A DNA stretch of 64,000 nt, taken from IMG/VR virus record IMGVR_UViG_3300037475_000079, positions 1 through 64,000 of that record, one strand, 5' to 3'. The notes below the pieces were generated by a model. That model made no database searches and was not told the origin of the DNA. It was given only the letters and a program-made list of their open reading frames with translations. Both the position numbers and the translations under genes were made by a program. The DNA comes from a virus. Positions 17,478 to 26,726 of the stretch are shown piece after piece. Position 1 is the first letter of the stretch; every line of letters starts with the position of its first letter.

Positions 17478-18091
17478 TACGGCGTACTCCCAGCGGACGC
17501 ATCGGGAGCCGAGAAGATAGCCTGAATCTCCGCTTGCGATTCCATCAATGCCGGACGCAACCACGGATGCGGCGGAATATGCGAATGCGTTACCAGAATG
17601 AAGTGAATCGCCGTGTACCGCTTGACTCGCGCCTTTGTTCCGCCGATGTCCTCGACAAGCAGAATTGCACCTGTCTTAGCCGACACGATCGGAGACAGTT
17701 TCCTCGGGAAGTTGCGAACTGAAGCGCCTGGAGCCATCATGAACCGTTGAGCTTCAGCGCTCACCGGGATCGTCAGCCGTGACCCGCTCTTTGGCGTAAT
17801 GCTGGGAACGCCCTGTTCCTGCCATCGACCGACCTTTAGAGGAGTCCCAATTTCCGCTGTGTTCTCATCCTTGAATTGCCAGAAAACAGACTGGGAAAGC
17901 TGTCCGCTGATGCCGACATGGGGAGGTTCTCCAATACCGCTGATATTTCGCACGTCTCCAATCGAACCGCGGCGCCCACGCTTCAGTTTGCGAGTCGCGT
18001 TATTGCGCACCACGTTCGCAGCCTTGCCAAGTTTGATCCTGGCATTGCGCATCACCTGCGACTCAAATGCTGTATTGACTTTGACGCCCAT
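17477..18091 (-). CDS. HK97 gp10-family head-tail joining protein
   Basis: The C-terminal 'IPPHPWLRPAL' resembles the gp10-family 'RPFLRPA' signature. Position is in the neck module. Confidence 0.55.
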   Translation of the reverse strand: MGVKVNTAFESQVMRNARIKLGKAANVVRNNATRKLKRGRRGSIGDVRNISGIGEPPHVGISGQLSQSVFWQFKDENTAEIGTPLKVGRWQEQGVPSITPKSGSRLTIPVSAEAQRFMMAPGASVRNFPRKLSPIVSAKTGAILLVEDIGGTKARVKRYTAIHFILVTHSHIPPHPWLRPALMESQAEIQAIFSAPDASAGSTP

Positions 18092-18423
18092 TACGACACG
18101 TACATCCCTCTGCGAACCTTTAGTCCATGTAATTCAAGCTGTTCTGTCAGTGCGGCCATATCTTCGTTCGCTACTTCATCTCCCGGCTGCATTCCGCTGT
18201 TTACCTTTACTGGAGAGAGTCCGCAGCAAATCAGTAACTGATGTAAGTCGCCTTCCGACGTCATGTATCCCGCACGCAGCCAGTATTTTGTGATGGCGCA
18301 GTTGATTTCTTCCTCTTCGATTTGCACACGCACAAGGTTTTCGGCCATGCCGTCGGTGCCGAGTTCCTTGAGTTCGTCGATGAAATCGGCGATCGACTGA
18401 AACATGACGCTTTGGTCTGGCAT
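18091..18423 (-). CDS. hypothetical neck-module protein
   Basis: ATG at 18423 overlaps the upstream TAA (TAATG). 110 aa. Confidence 0.4.
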   Translation of the reverse strand: MPDQSVMFQSIADFIDELKELGTDGMAENLVRVQIEEEEINCAITKYWLRAGYMTSEGDLHQLLICCGLSPVKVNSGMQPGDEVANEDMAALTEQLELHGLKVRRGMYVS

Positions 18424-18779
18424 TACTGCTGCAATTTTCTGGAAGTGAGGAATAGGCCCAGCATGTAAAACAAGCCCACATGATCCGGGTTCTTCTGAAC
18501 ATGCACGAAGTAGATTTCCGATCCGATGACAAGTTGATCCCGGTTGTCGCACTGTGGGTCTGTGACCGTGTACCAAACCGCATCGAACTCCATGTCTGCG
18601 CCGCCCCACCGAATTGATCGCTGTCCACCGCTCTGATTCATGCGTCCTGTTGTGGTTGTCGGCAGTGCTCCACGATTTCCCGTTGTATAACTCCGCACCT
18701 CGCCGCCGGCTGCCGATTGAGTCGAGACGACACGCTTGATAGTCGCTGTCGATGTCGAGCAGAGTGATGCAAGTGACAC
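18423..18779 (-). CDS. head-tail adaptor / head closure protein
   Basis: 118 aa. 'IKRVVSTQSAAGGEV..W..VWYTVTD..RDQLVIGSEIYFV' fits the phage head-tail joining pattern. Confidence 0.55.
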   Translation of the reverse strand: MSLASLCSTSTATIKRVVSTQSAAGGEVRSYTTGNRGALPTTTTGRMNQSGGQRSIRWGGADMEFDAVWYTVTDPQCDNRDQLVIGSEIYFVHVQKNPDHVGLFYMLGLFLTSRKLQQ

Positions 18780-19606
18780 TACCGTTTGCTCCTTTGGTGT
18801 TCACGGAGCAACTGTTCTGCCTTGAATGGCAACGGCCTCATCATGCCTGTCATTTGTGCGACACTTTCCTTGTCGTAGGTGAAGGCCGCATCCCCAATCT
18901 TTTCGCTGACGATCGGTCCCTGCGCCCCGAGTCCATTCGCGCCTGTCGCCTTGGCTTCGTTGAAAGCCGCAGCCGCCGTCAAAATCGCCGCATATTTGAT
19001 TGCCAGCGGAGCACCGGGCCGATATGCAAGTTTCGTCTTACCGTCAAGCTCGTCCGGCGTCAGTCCAGCCGTATACTGCAACTGCATCGTTCTCTGGCGT
19101 CCCGCAAACGTCCCGATCCACGCGCGCATGTGTCCGGTCCACGAAACGCCCGATCTGTAAGGGATGGTTTGTCCGGGATCTGGCGCGTCATAGTCTGCGT
19201 ACCATTGTGACCCCTGAAGAATGTCCGTGGCCGCTGCGAAGTCAGTTGCTCCCTGCCCGCCGAGTGCCGCATAATCCATCGCAAAGACGCTCACCGAACG
19301 CACCGGGATTTCTGGCAATTGGAGAATCACAGGAGGTCCGGGGAATGCGTATGCAATCCGGTTGTTGATAACGTCCATCGGGAGCCCGACGTCGTTCTGA
19401 TTGACGACGAACATATCCAAGTCGGGAAGCATGTGCGTGTACGTGTCTTGCACGACGCTATAGCCGAGGAACGACTTGATCGCCCCATCAGTCAACGGCA
19501 TGAGCATCGTAATGAGGCCCAGGTCGGCCTCTGCCGTAGCTGCACCAGCCTTTCCCAGATAGGCCAGCACTTCGGCCGGATTGCAAATTGTGGTGCGTAC
19601 GCTCAC
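18779..19606 (-). CDS. putative head-tail connector (gp6-like N-terminus) with extension
   Basis: GTG start overlaps the upstream TGA (GTGA). The N-terminus 'CNPAEVLAYLGK..AEADLGLITMLMPLTDGAIKSFLGY' resembles gp6-like connectors. Confidence 0.4.
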   Translation of the reverse strand: MSVRTTICNPAEVLAYLGKAGAATAEADLGLITMLMPLTDGAIKSFLGYSVVQDTYTHMLPDLDMFVVNQNDVGLPMDVINNRIAYAFPGPPVILQLPEIPVRSVSVFAMDYAALGGQGATDFAAATDILQGSQWYADYDAPDPGQTIPYRSGVSWTGHMRAWIGTFAGRQRTMQLQYTAGLTPDELDGKTKLAYRPGAPLAIKYAAILTAAAAFNEAKATGANGLGAQGPIVSEKIGDAAFTYDKESVAQMTGMMRPLPFKAEQLLREHQRSKR

Positions 19607-19974
19607 GTCGTTTTCCCTGCTACCGGGCCATTGACGAAGCACACACCGAAATCCACATCTTTCTCCAGGTTTCCATCACCGGCGTCCACGAGCGCAATCT
19701 TCACCTGATAGACGCCGGGATTCAGTGATGCCGTATCTGACCCGCAGATTTTGACTGCGTAGGCACCGCTGGAGCCTGGCGTGAATGACGTAACGGAACC
19801 GCCCGCTAACTGTGTCCCGCTCAAATCCAGGTCAGGCGTTGCACCATCACCGCGGTAGAGCTTGAACAGCACATCCGAATTGGCCGTAATCGGAATGGCG
19901 TTTCCGCTCGCATCCTCCAGCGTTCCCGTGAAGCTGCGCGTCAGTCCGGCGGTGATTGAAAGCTCGACAGACAT
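19603..19974 (-). CDS. hypothetical beta-rich protein
   Basis: 123-aa ORF. The upstream stop overlaps its ATG (TAATG). Confidence 0.4.
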   Translation of the reverse strand: MSVELSITAGLTRSFTGTLEDASGNAIPITANSDVLFKLYRGDGATPDLDLSGTQLAGGSVTSFTPGSSGAYAVKICGSDTASLNPGVYQVKIALVDAGDGNLEKDVDFGVCFVNGPVAGKTT

Positions 19975-20123
19975 TACTTGGTTGCGAATCCCTTCCCATC
20001 AGTACAACCCGGACACGGTTCCTTGAACTTCTTTCCGCCCCGGTTCACGAGGATATACTTACGCCCCTTGCAGTGCCGGCACGTTCGATTCTTCATGTCT
20101 TTGGTCGATGATGGCTTGTGCAT
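19974..20123 (-). CDS. small DnaJ-type zinc-finger protein (below the ORF-track size cut-off)
   Basis: MHKPSSTKDMKNRTCRHCKGRKYILVNRGGKKFKEPCPGCTDGKGFATK* carries two CxxCxGxG-like motifs. It overlaps the glycosyltransferase 3' end in another frame. An alternative start is at 20096. Confidence 0.45.
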   Translation of the reverse strand: MHKPSSTKDMKNRTCRHCKGRKYILVNRGGKKFKEPCPGCTDGKGFATK

Positions 20124-21045
20124 GATTCAGCAGTTCCCGGCAGCGGCGTTCATAGGAGTTGTAGGGAATCGCCAGGTTCCGCGCTAACTTCCCCTGAGCA
20201 ACCCTTTCCCCGAAGTCGCTGCAATATGATTTGACGGTTTCAATGAGTTCGGCATCTGAACGGTAATGGTCAGCCGGCAAGACGTACTGGCCATCGCTGA
20301 CCCGGCGGACAATGCAGCCACCCGCCCCGGCAGCCAGCCAGACACGATCCGACCAGTAGCCGTCAATATGCTGTGCTGCATCGACGCAGAGCACGACTTT
20401 GCCCTGTTCGATGACTGACGGAAGCTCCAAGGGCTGACATCCAGGCCGGCGGATGCAGCCTGACGGGAGCGGTTCCCCGTGATCTGTAAACCAGCCGACT
20501 TTGAACCCCATGCGGCAAAGCAGGTCTGCGTCGTTCCACCGTTGCTTCCAGAGCGGCCGAGACGCCGACCCCCACAAAACAACGTCGAACTCAGGCGACT
20601 CGCGTAGGACGGCCTGACGCATCGTGGAAGGGCACCCCTGATCGAACCAGATGGCATTTATCCCGGCCAGCCGGTATTCGTCGAGCCTGTCCCGTTCTTT
20701 AACGAGAACGAGGTCCATTCCCTGCATCACTTCGAGAAACGGAGCGATCGGCGCCTGATCCTTGATCGGTAGCGTGTCGTCGAACACATTGAGGTCAAAG
20801 AACCACTGAATACAAAACGACTTGCGCGGTCCCGACAGGAAGTCGCGCAAATCTGGTAAGCAGAGTTCTGCCGGTCCACGCTGTTCGAACAACAGCAATT
20901 CACAGGTTTCGTCCGCCGCCCGCAATTCAGCCATCGTCTGCACATGGATGACGTCATGTCCCAGCGCACGAAAAGCGTCTGCGATGAAGTGGAACTTCCC
21001 GCATCCGGCGTGCAATCGAGGATGGTAAACGCAGGCGATGCGCAT
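20059..21045 (-). CDS. putative glycosyltransferase (CgeB-like / GT1-type C-terminal domain)
   Basis: Start at MRIACVYHP. 'KVVLCVDAAQHIDGYWSDRVWLAAGAGGCIVRR' resembles the Glyco_trans_1_2/CgeB-type motif. Confidence 0.5.
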   Translation of the reverse strand: MRIACVYHPRLHAGCGKFHFIADAFRALGHDVIHVQTMAELRAADETCELLLFEQRGPAELCLPDLRDFLSGPRKSFCIQWFFDLNVFDDTLPIKDQAPIAPFLEVMQGMDLVLVKERDRLDEYRLAGINAIWFDQGCPSTMRQAVLRESPEFDVVLWGSASRPLWKQRWNDADLLCRMGFKVGWFTDHGEPLPSGCIRRPGCQPLELPSVIEQGKVVLCVDAAQHIDGYWSDRVWLAAGAGGCIVRRVSDGQYVLPADHYRSDAELIETVKSYCSDFGERVAQGKLARNLAIPYNSYERRCRELLNHAQAIIDQRHEESNVPALQGA

Positions 21046-21046
21046 G

Positions 21047-21865
21047 TTAAACAGCGACTTCCTCTTCTCGTTTAATTCCTGCAAGATAGGGCGTCAGCGT
21101 GATCTCTCCGGTTCTGGTATTTAGCCTACCCGAAAAGTCAGGATCGTTCTTTTTGAACTCTTCGTTAAATTCTCGAACGTCTTCGGCGTTTCCGACGAAC
21201 CCGAGAGGCAGCACGACTTTTAGCGATCGGCAGCACTCCTCGAATGACGGCAGCAAATCGACGTTTTGCACAGGTCGGCAAAGTCGCGGGCCACTCAAAG
21301 CGCATCCGCGATTCCGTTCCGGTCCAGAGTTGTGCTCCGGGTCTCCATTGCAAATCATGCGCATGTGATAAATCCAGTTCCACAACTCCCTGTCGGTTTT
21401 CAGCTCAACCTCGATATGATCGCTCGGCAAAAGAGTGAACGGCATTGACCTTTCCATTTTGCTGGAGGCGCGCGACAGCTTGTGAAGCAATTCCTCGTTT
21501 TCAGGATCGAAGCAGCCGTCCGTAATGCGACCAATTCGCTTTTCGATATCGACGTGGATTCGCTCGCCCGGAATGAAATCAATTCCGTTCAGTGATGGAT
21601 CCATGCTGAATCGGATTCTCTCTCCATACCGTTGAAGGACTTGCCGCGAGCGAATCGTGTTTGTCTTGTTCTTGCGCGAATCATATGGAGGAAAGTGTTG
21701 ATTGCGATTTCCGGCGATTGTCTCTTCCCGGACCTTCTTGTATTTAGACGCATCGAATGGGTCGCGTGGATCGGCAACTGTGTTTTCAACAACGTGGATG
21801 TGTTCGTTATCAATCTCGATAACAATCTCGCCAGAACGAACAGTATGGTGAATCGCTAAATCCAT
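21047..21865 (-). CDS. hypothetical protein
   Basis: Start at MDLAIHHTV, downstream of the capsid terminator. 272 aa. Confidence 0.45.
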   Translation of the reverse strand: MDLAIHHTVRSGEIVIEIDNEHIHVVENTVADPRDPFDASKYKKVREETIAGNRNQHFPPYDSRKNKTNTIRSRQVLQRYGERIRFSMDPSLNGIDFIPGERIHVDIEKRIGRITDGCFDPENEELLHKLSRASSKMERSMPFTLLPSDHIEVELKTDRELWNWIYHMRMICNGDPEHNSGPERNRGCALSGPRLCRPVQNVDLLPSFEECCRSLKVVLPLGFVGNAEDVREFNEEFKKNDPDFSGRLNTRTGEITLTPYLAGIKREEEVAV

Positions 21866-21891
21866 GACGTCTCCCCAAAAAACAGCAGTGA

Positions 21892-21936
21892 CAAAAAAAG
21901 ACGCCGCAGGGGATCTTTCGATTTCCCTGCGGCGTC
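21892..21936 (-). terminator. rho-independent terminator after the major capsid gene
   Basis: 12-bp perfect stem GACGCCGCAGGG/CCCTGCGGCGTC followed by a T8 run on the minus strand. Confidence 0.65.
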
Positions 21937-21975
21937 GTGAACATCCCCATGCCCACAACACCCGTCCGATCGGAA

Positions 21976-23589
21976 TTACCCGATCTGCAACGAGGTCATG
22001 ACTGAGCAGTAACCGCCCAAAGTCAGCTTGCCGCCGAACCGGGCGCGAGCGAACAAGAGCTTTTCGTTCGCCAGTGTCAGCGTCTGGCCGGTCGTCAGGA
22101 GTTCGAAGTAGAGACCCAGGCGACGATAGAGACGGTATCCGCGAAGGTTGCAGGCGAAGACCGTACCGTCGGCGATGTCGTTCTGAACGGCGACGTGGTA
22201 GTCCCCGAGCTGGTAATCCTTCAAGTGCATGCCGTAGATCGGCCGCGTGTCGCCGGTGACACCCGTCGCCAACTGCATGAACTTTTTGTATTCCTTGTCC
22301 GACGTGATGAACATGGTGTTTTCACCACCGAACGCCTTACGGTAAGGCTTCGTGATGCCATACATCAGGTTCAGTCCGTCGTTGTAAACCATCGTGGCGT
22401 GTGACGCTCCAGTTGCCGTCACGGTGATCGTGGACGACGCATTCTTCAGACCCTGCGGCTGAGTCGTTCCGTCTCCGACGGCGATCCAGTTGTCCATCTG
22501 GTACTTGAACTGGTCGCCGAGCTGGGCCACGATCATTTGGCCGATATTGGGAGCGGCGTCCATTTCGAAGTCACGGCCCCACAGGAACCCGCAACTCGCC
22601 GGGAAAAACGTCACATCGTACGTCGTAACGAATGACGTGGCGTCGAATGCAGTGATGGCCGTACCAGAGGCGGTCGTCACGTACGTCGGGGTTCCGATCG
22701 AATAGCTGTGCGCCGAAGCACCGCGATCGGTCGGAGTGATTTCGACGAACGGAACCAGCTCCCCATAAAGCAGGGGAATACGGATGGCTTCGAAGTCGAA
22801 GTACTGAGGAACGGCCTGAGTACCGCCAGACGTGTTGTCGCCGAGCAGCGGAGCCTTAGACTGACTGGGCGCAAAAGCAGCACCGCCGCGAAGTCCGCCT
22901 TGCTTGGTGAACACATCGCGTTCGGCATCTTTCAGCCTACGAGGCATTCCAATCATGTCGCCTTTATTGGCTCCTGGGCCAACCCATTCGTCGTCGTGCA
23001 TTGCCGATTTGACGAGCATTTCGTCCTCTTCGGTGACGCGAATGTTCATCTTCTGGAGAATTGGATGCTCTGGACCGTTATCACGGACAAGCATCTTCTT
23101 GAAGATTGCCCCCATCTTGGCGTATTCAAACTGCGACGGATCCTGAATGTACTTCTTCTCCGCAGTCTGAATTTTCGGGTCAGTAATATGCTCCATGCCG
23201 GGTCTCGTTTCCCAGTAGAAAGCATCATTTCCGGGTGCGTACAGACCCTTGCGTGCGAATTCGCGCTCATTCGGCCACTTGGCAGTTGATTTTGTGCAAT
23301 CGAAGCGTTCCTTGACGTGCTTGACGCGGGGATCGCCGCCAAAGTCTCCAGCAGCCTTTTCGCCGGGATTCGTGGCACCAGCGAACACCTCTCGCGGATC
23401 GGGATTGCCCTTTCCGTTCGTGTCAGCCGGGGCGTTGGGCTGCGCCATCAGTTCGGTCAGGCGAGCCTTCGTGATCTTGCCGGCCTTGACTGAATTGATT
23501 GCCGTTGCCGCAACATCCTTGTCGGAAGCGCCGGCCGGCAAGCCGTGGTTCTGGACGAGTTCGTCCCTGAGACTCTTCGTAATCGTCAT
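21976..23589 (-). CDS. major capsid protein, HK97 fold, with ~240-aa N-terminal extension
   Basis: The C-terminal ~290 aa match the HK97-family pattern ('VGDGTTQPQGL', 'LFARARFGG'). Follows the prohead protease. Confidence 0.85.
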   Translation of the reverse strand: MTITKSLRDELVQNHGLPAGASDKDVAATAINSVKAGKITKARLTELMAQPNAPADTNGKGNPDPREVFAGATNPGEKAAGDFGGDPRVKHVKERFDCTKSTAKWPNEREFARKGLYAPGNDAFYWETRPGMEHITDPKIQTAEKKYIQDPSQFEYAKMGAIFKKMLVRDNGPEHPILQKMNIRVTEEDEMLVKSAMHDDEWVGPGANKGDMIGMPRRLKDAERDVFTKQGGLRGGAAFAPSQSKAPLLGDNTSGGTQAVPQYFDFEAIRIPLLYGELVPFVEITPTDRGASAHSYSIGTPTYVTTASGTAITAFDATSFVTTYDVTFFPASCGFLWGRDFEMDAAPNIGQMIVAQLGDQFKYQMDNWIAVGDGTTQPQGLKNASSTITVTATGASHATMVYNDGLNLMYGITKPYRKAFGGENTMFITSDKEYKKFMQLATGVTGDTRPIYGMHLKDYQLGDYHVAVQNDIADGTVFACNLRGYRLYRRLGLYFELLTTGQTLTLANEKLLFARARFGGKLTLGGYCSVMTSLQIG

Positions 23590-23633
23590 GACTTAGCCCC
23601 TTTCAGAGCAATGGAAAAAGGATTGCCGGGCGT

Positions 23634-25895
23634 TTAGACTCCGACTTCATCAAATAAGGATTCAGCCAGCATGGCCTCGAATTCGAGTTCTTCTGGCGAC
23701 TTCACCGAAGTTTCTTCCAGCCATTTCATCAACTCTTCCGGGTCGATCGGCTGCTCCGACAGGCTTTCAGACGTGTTGATCCCATCGACTCCGCTGGCAA
23801 TGTCTGGATCCGTTCGCGGACGATCCGCCAATGTTCCTGGGACGTTCGTCACTCCGGCAGCAGGTGTCGATTTTCCGAGAGAAGCCGCGGTGACGTTGCT
23901 CCCGGCGATAGCGTTTGCATCGTCCGCCGCCCTGACATTCTCGGTGGGCAATCCAGGAAAGTGATTCATCGACGGCATATTGAGCACGTTCTGCGAAGGA
24001 ACACCTGTGAAGTGTGCCGATGCAGTAGCGTTTGTCGCGTTGTCCGTCGGTACGCCTTGGACTGGTGGGTTTCCTGTCGGATCGAGGCTGCTGTCTTTCA
24101 GGATTGACACCAGGCGATTGCCGGCAGCCATGACGTGCTGCTTAGCGATCTTCGAGACGTGCTGTTCACCGGCTCCGGCCAGAAACTCCAGGTGATCCTT
24201 GACTTCCTTCAGGGCTGTGGCGACTGCGGAATTCAATCCCGACATTCCGTCGTCATTCGCCATCGAAGTCTTATGGACCAGCGAATACCCCTGTCCTTTG
24301 GTGGGATGGGCGCCGACGACACATTTCGTACCCATGACGCCGTGGCAGCAGCCGTACATCTTCTGGATCTGCTCGGGGCTGTGGTACATATGGGCATTGT
24401 CGGGATGCACGTCGTCGGGATGCATGACGTGATGCACATACCCCTTCGCCGAGTTCAGGTAGACGCTCCCCTCTTTGCCGCTGTGCTGAACGACTCGCGC
24501 CATGGCCTTCAGGTGAGGCACATCGACATCGACGTGAGTGTTCACATTGCCGGCCGTGTCGTGATGCGAGGCGCTGTCCGAATCGAGAGGCTGAACGTAA
24601 CTCGCGTCGTTGACGTCTTTGACGGTAGGAGTTGCAGATCGCTGGACTCCGGGGTTCGTGCTCGGATTCGTCGGCGCAGGATTCACAACGCCAGTGCTGG
24701 GCGTCGGAATTCCTGGTTCTCCAGCCGGACCCTCATTGTTGGCGAGTGCCGTGTTCGGAGATGGGTTCTGCTGCGGGCCAGTGTTGGAACCGGATGCGAT
24801 TGCAAACACCGGATCGCCAACCTGCGTGGCGTCGAGTTGGAATGTCGGCCTGTCGAGTCCAGCGACCTCCTCATCAACGACCTCGTTCGCCATATGTCGC
24901 TCATGCCAATCATGGTCCCCCTGTTGTGGGCCCTGACCGCGATTCCCTTCGTTGTCTTCGAAGCGAGCACTGGTATTGGTCCATCCACCCGATGGCGACA
25001 AGCTGTCTCGCGGGGCGGTGCTGTCGGAAGATTCCCGAGATTGGCTGTTGTCCGACGCTTTGACTTCTGGAGCGGCCACGGAAGCCTCCTTCTTATGACA
25101 GGTGCAGGAATGATCTGCGGGTGATTTGACTTCTAGCGTCACGCCTTGCACTTGCGCCGTACGGGCGTCGAACATTCGCTTGGCGAACGATTTCACAAAC
25201 GGGTGATGCAGTTTTCCGCGCGAGAAGGCGGTGATGACTGCCGCTGGGTTGCTCGGAATCGGAACGACGCTGATCTCGTAGATTTCAAACCGTGAAATTA
25301 AGTACCTTCCGTTCTTCAACGGCTCATATTCAACGGGATCAAAACCGTGACTGATCCGCAAAGCGCCGCCTTCAATCAGAACCGCTGCATCGCGCCCCAA
25401 TGCAGTGTTGAACACGCAGCAGCGAGCTGACAAAATGCGATCGTTCTGTGCGATCTTGTTGACCAGTCGGCCGACCGGCATTTCGGGATTATGAAACATC
25501 AACAGCGGCGCGGCGGGATCGAGTATCGCCCCGGAACTCTTGAGGATGTCCCGATCGCGGTCCATCGACGATGCGGTCACGATGCAATCGAAATCCAGAA
25601 TCGAACCGGGAGTCAGAGACTGCCCTTTCGTTCCCAGATCGCCGATGATCGTGTCGCTGTCGCTATAGGTCAGTCGCCGATCCGCATCCTTCAGGATTGT
25701 GGACCAGTGCTCCAGCGACTTCGCGCCGAACATAGACGGATCGCACGGACCAGTCCCATTCAGGCAGGCTTGCAACGACCGCAGGTACTGACCTGCGTTG
25801 GCGATGTCGAAGTCTGCCGGCACATTGCGGCTGGAAATTGCAGTCAGTAAATCCGCAGTGCCTGCCTTCGTGGCCATCGACCAGTTGCTTTTCAA
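23634..25895 (-). CDS. prohead protease (HK97/S78 family) fused to a ~500-aa low-complexity, His-rich C-terminal region
   Basis: 'VTASSMDRDRDIL..PLLMFHNPEMPVGR..LIEGGALRISHGF..EISVVPIPSNPAAVI'. The start may instead be MATKAG at 25877. Confidence 0.75.
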   Translation of the reverse strand: MKSNWSMATKAGTADLLTAISSRNVPADFDIANAGQYLRSLQACLNGTGPCDPSMFGAKSLEHWSTILKDADRRLTYSDSDTIIGDLGTKGQSLTPGSILDFDCIVTASSMDRDRDILKSSGAILDPAAPLLMFHNPEMPVGRLVNKIAQNDRILSARCCVFNTALGRDAAVLIEGGALRISHGFDPVEYEPLKNGRYLISRFEIYEISVVPIPSNPAAVITAFSRGKLHHPFVKSFAKRMFDARTAQVQGVTLEVKSPADHSCTCHKKEASVAAPEVKASDNSQSRESSDSTAPRDSLSPSGGWTNTSARFEDNEGNRGQGPQQGDHDWHERHMANEVVDEEVAGLDRPTFQLDATQVGDPVFAIASGSNTGPQQNPSPNTALANNEGPAGEPGIPTPSTGVVNPAPTNPSTNPGVQRSATPTVKDVNDASYVQPLDSDSASHHDTAGNVNTHVDVDVPHLKAMARVVQHSGKEGSVYLNSAKGYVHHVMHPDDVHPDNAHMYHSPEQIQKMYGCCHGVMGTKCVVGAHPTKGQGYSLVHKTSMANDDGMSGLNSAVATALKEVKDHLEFLAGAGEQHVSKIAKQHVMAAGNRLVSILKDSSLDPTGNPPVQGVPTDNATNATASAHFTGVPSQNVLNMPSMNHFPGLPTENVRAADDANAIAGSNVTAASLGKSTPAAGVTNVPGTLADRPRTDPDIASGVDGINTSESLSEQPIDPEELMKWLEETSVKSPEELEFEAMLAESLFDEVGV

Positions 25896-26013
25896 TCAGA
25901 GAAGCGAATTATTCTGCGATTCCGGCGCAGACTTAGAATGCTTCTAACGATGATTGAGAAGTTGTCGCAGAATGAATAGATGTGCGTACTACGCGAACGG
26001 AAATACGCGCGTG

Positions 26014-26046
26014 AAAAAACCCACGACGGTTAGTCGTGGGTTTTTC
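26014..26046. terminator. bidirectional rho-independent terminator
   Basis: AAAAA-ACCCACGAC-ggtta-GTCGTGGGT-TTTTT. Confidence 0.55.
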
Positions 26047-26049
26047 ACA

Positions 26050-26240
26050 ATCATCCATTCCCGTCCTCACGAATTCTCTCCAGACCTCGCCTCGCCTGCC
26101 ACGCCAATCCCTACCGTTCCATGCCGGCCCTCTCCGATACGTTCCCGTCCTATCCATTCCTGCCATTCCTCGCCAACCCGATCCGCGCCGCTCCCAGCCG
26201 TTCCGGCCACGCCATGCCGGCCCAATCCGGCCACGTCGCT
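26050..26240 (-). repeat. strand-asymmetric heptamer array A (CCNWTCC on +, GGAWNGG on -)
   Basis: About 16 TCC triplets in ~190 nt by hand count. Shares the 15-mer TTCCCGTCCTATCCA (26142-26156) with array B. Confidence 0.6.
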
Positions 26241-26248
26241 AACATCAT

Positions 26249-26666
26249 CTACTTCGCACTCATCTTTCTGGCAACCGACTTCGCCGTCATTTTAGAACGA
26301 TTCGATTTCTTATTTCGTTCCCGAATCCGAATGACTCTTGCCGCTTCAAACACCTGCGCGAGTTCCGACAGCACGGCGTATTTCTGTTGGAAGAATTCCA
26401 ATTCACGCAGGGCCATCGCTAACATCGCCGCACGATGACCGGAATTACGAACAACGTCTGTCGTTCTCCGATACCCTCCAGTTTCTGTACCGCGGTCCTG
26501 AGGAAGTGAAACATAGGCACGGATGTTCTGTTCAACTGCCGGCTCAAAGTAGACACAGACACGGATGATTTGCCGAGCCTGCCACAGACGGTATTCGACG
26601 GCCGCCTTCGAGTCATCCCAGACGAATTCTGCGTGAAGCGCCGTCTTTCGATTTCTAGCAAACTCT
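26249..26666 (-). pseudogene. 3' part of a phage gene split by the transposon
   Basis: Protein-like open frame with no start codon (..EFARNRKTALHAEFVWDDSKAAVEYRLWQARQIIRV...KMSAK*). Joins in frame to 31441-31534 once the element is removed. Confidence 0.7.
26659..26666. repeat. target-site duplication, left copy (CAAACTCT)
   Basis: An identical 8-mer abuts the outer end of both terminal inverted repeats. Confidence 0.75.
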
Positions 26667-26691
26667 GGTACTGGCTAGATAGTGCGGTGCT
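26667..26691 (+). repeat. left terminal inverted repeat
   Basis: GGTACTGGCTAGATAGTGCGGTGCT. Confidence 0.75.
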
Positions 26692-26726
26692 CGACAGAAT
26701 GTCTGGATTGGCGACGTAAGTGCGGA

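Noticed and set aside
24135-25124. 329-aa + strand ORF
   Set aside because: Antisense to the protease extension, and Arg/Val/His-rich with no motifs.
26050-26240. Possible CRISPR array
   Set aside because: The repeats are degenerate 7-mers at irregular 7-15-nt spacing, not 25-40-nt repeats with unique spacers. No cas genes are present.
25933-26438. Several overlapping ORFs on both strands across array A, and likewise 31509-31954 across array B, with 5-residue periodic translations
   Set aside because: All frames stay open only because the pyrimidine-rich repeats lack stop codons. There are no RBS or start contexts. These are treated as non-coding repeat arrays.
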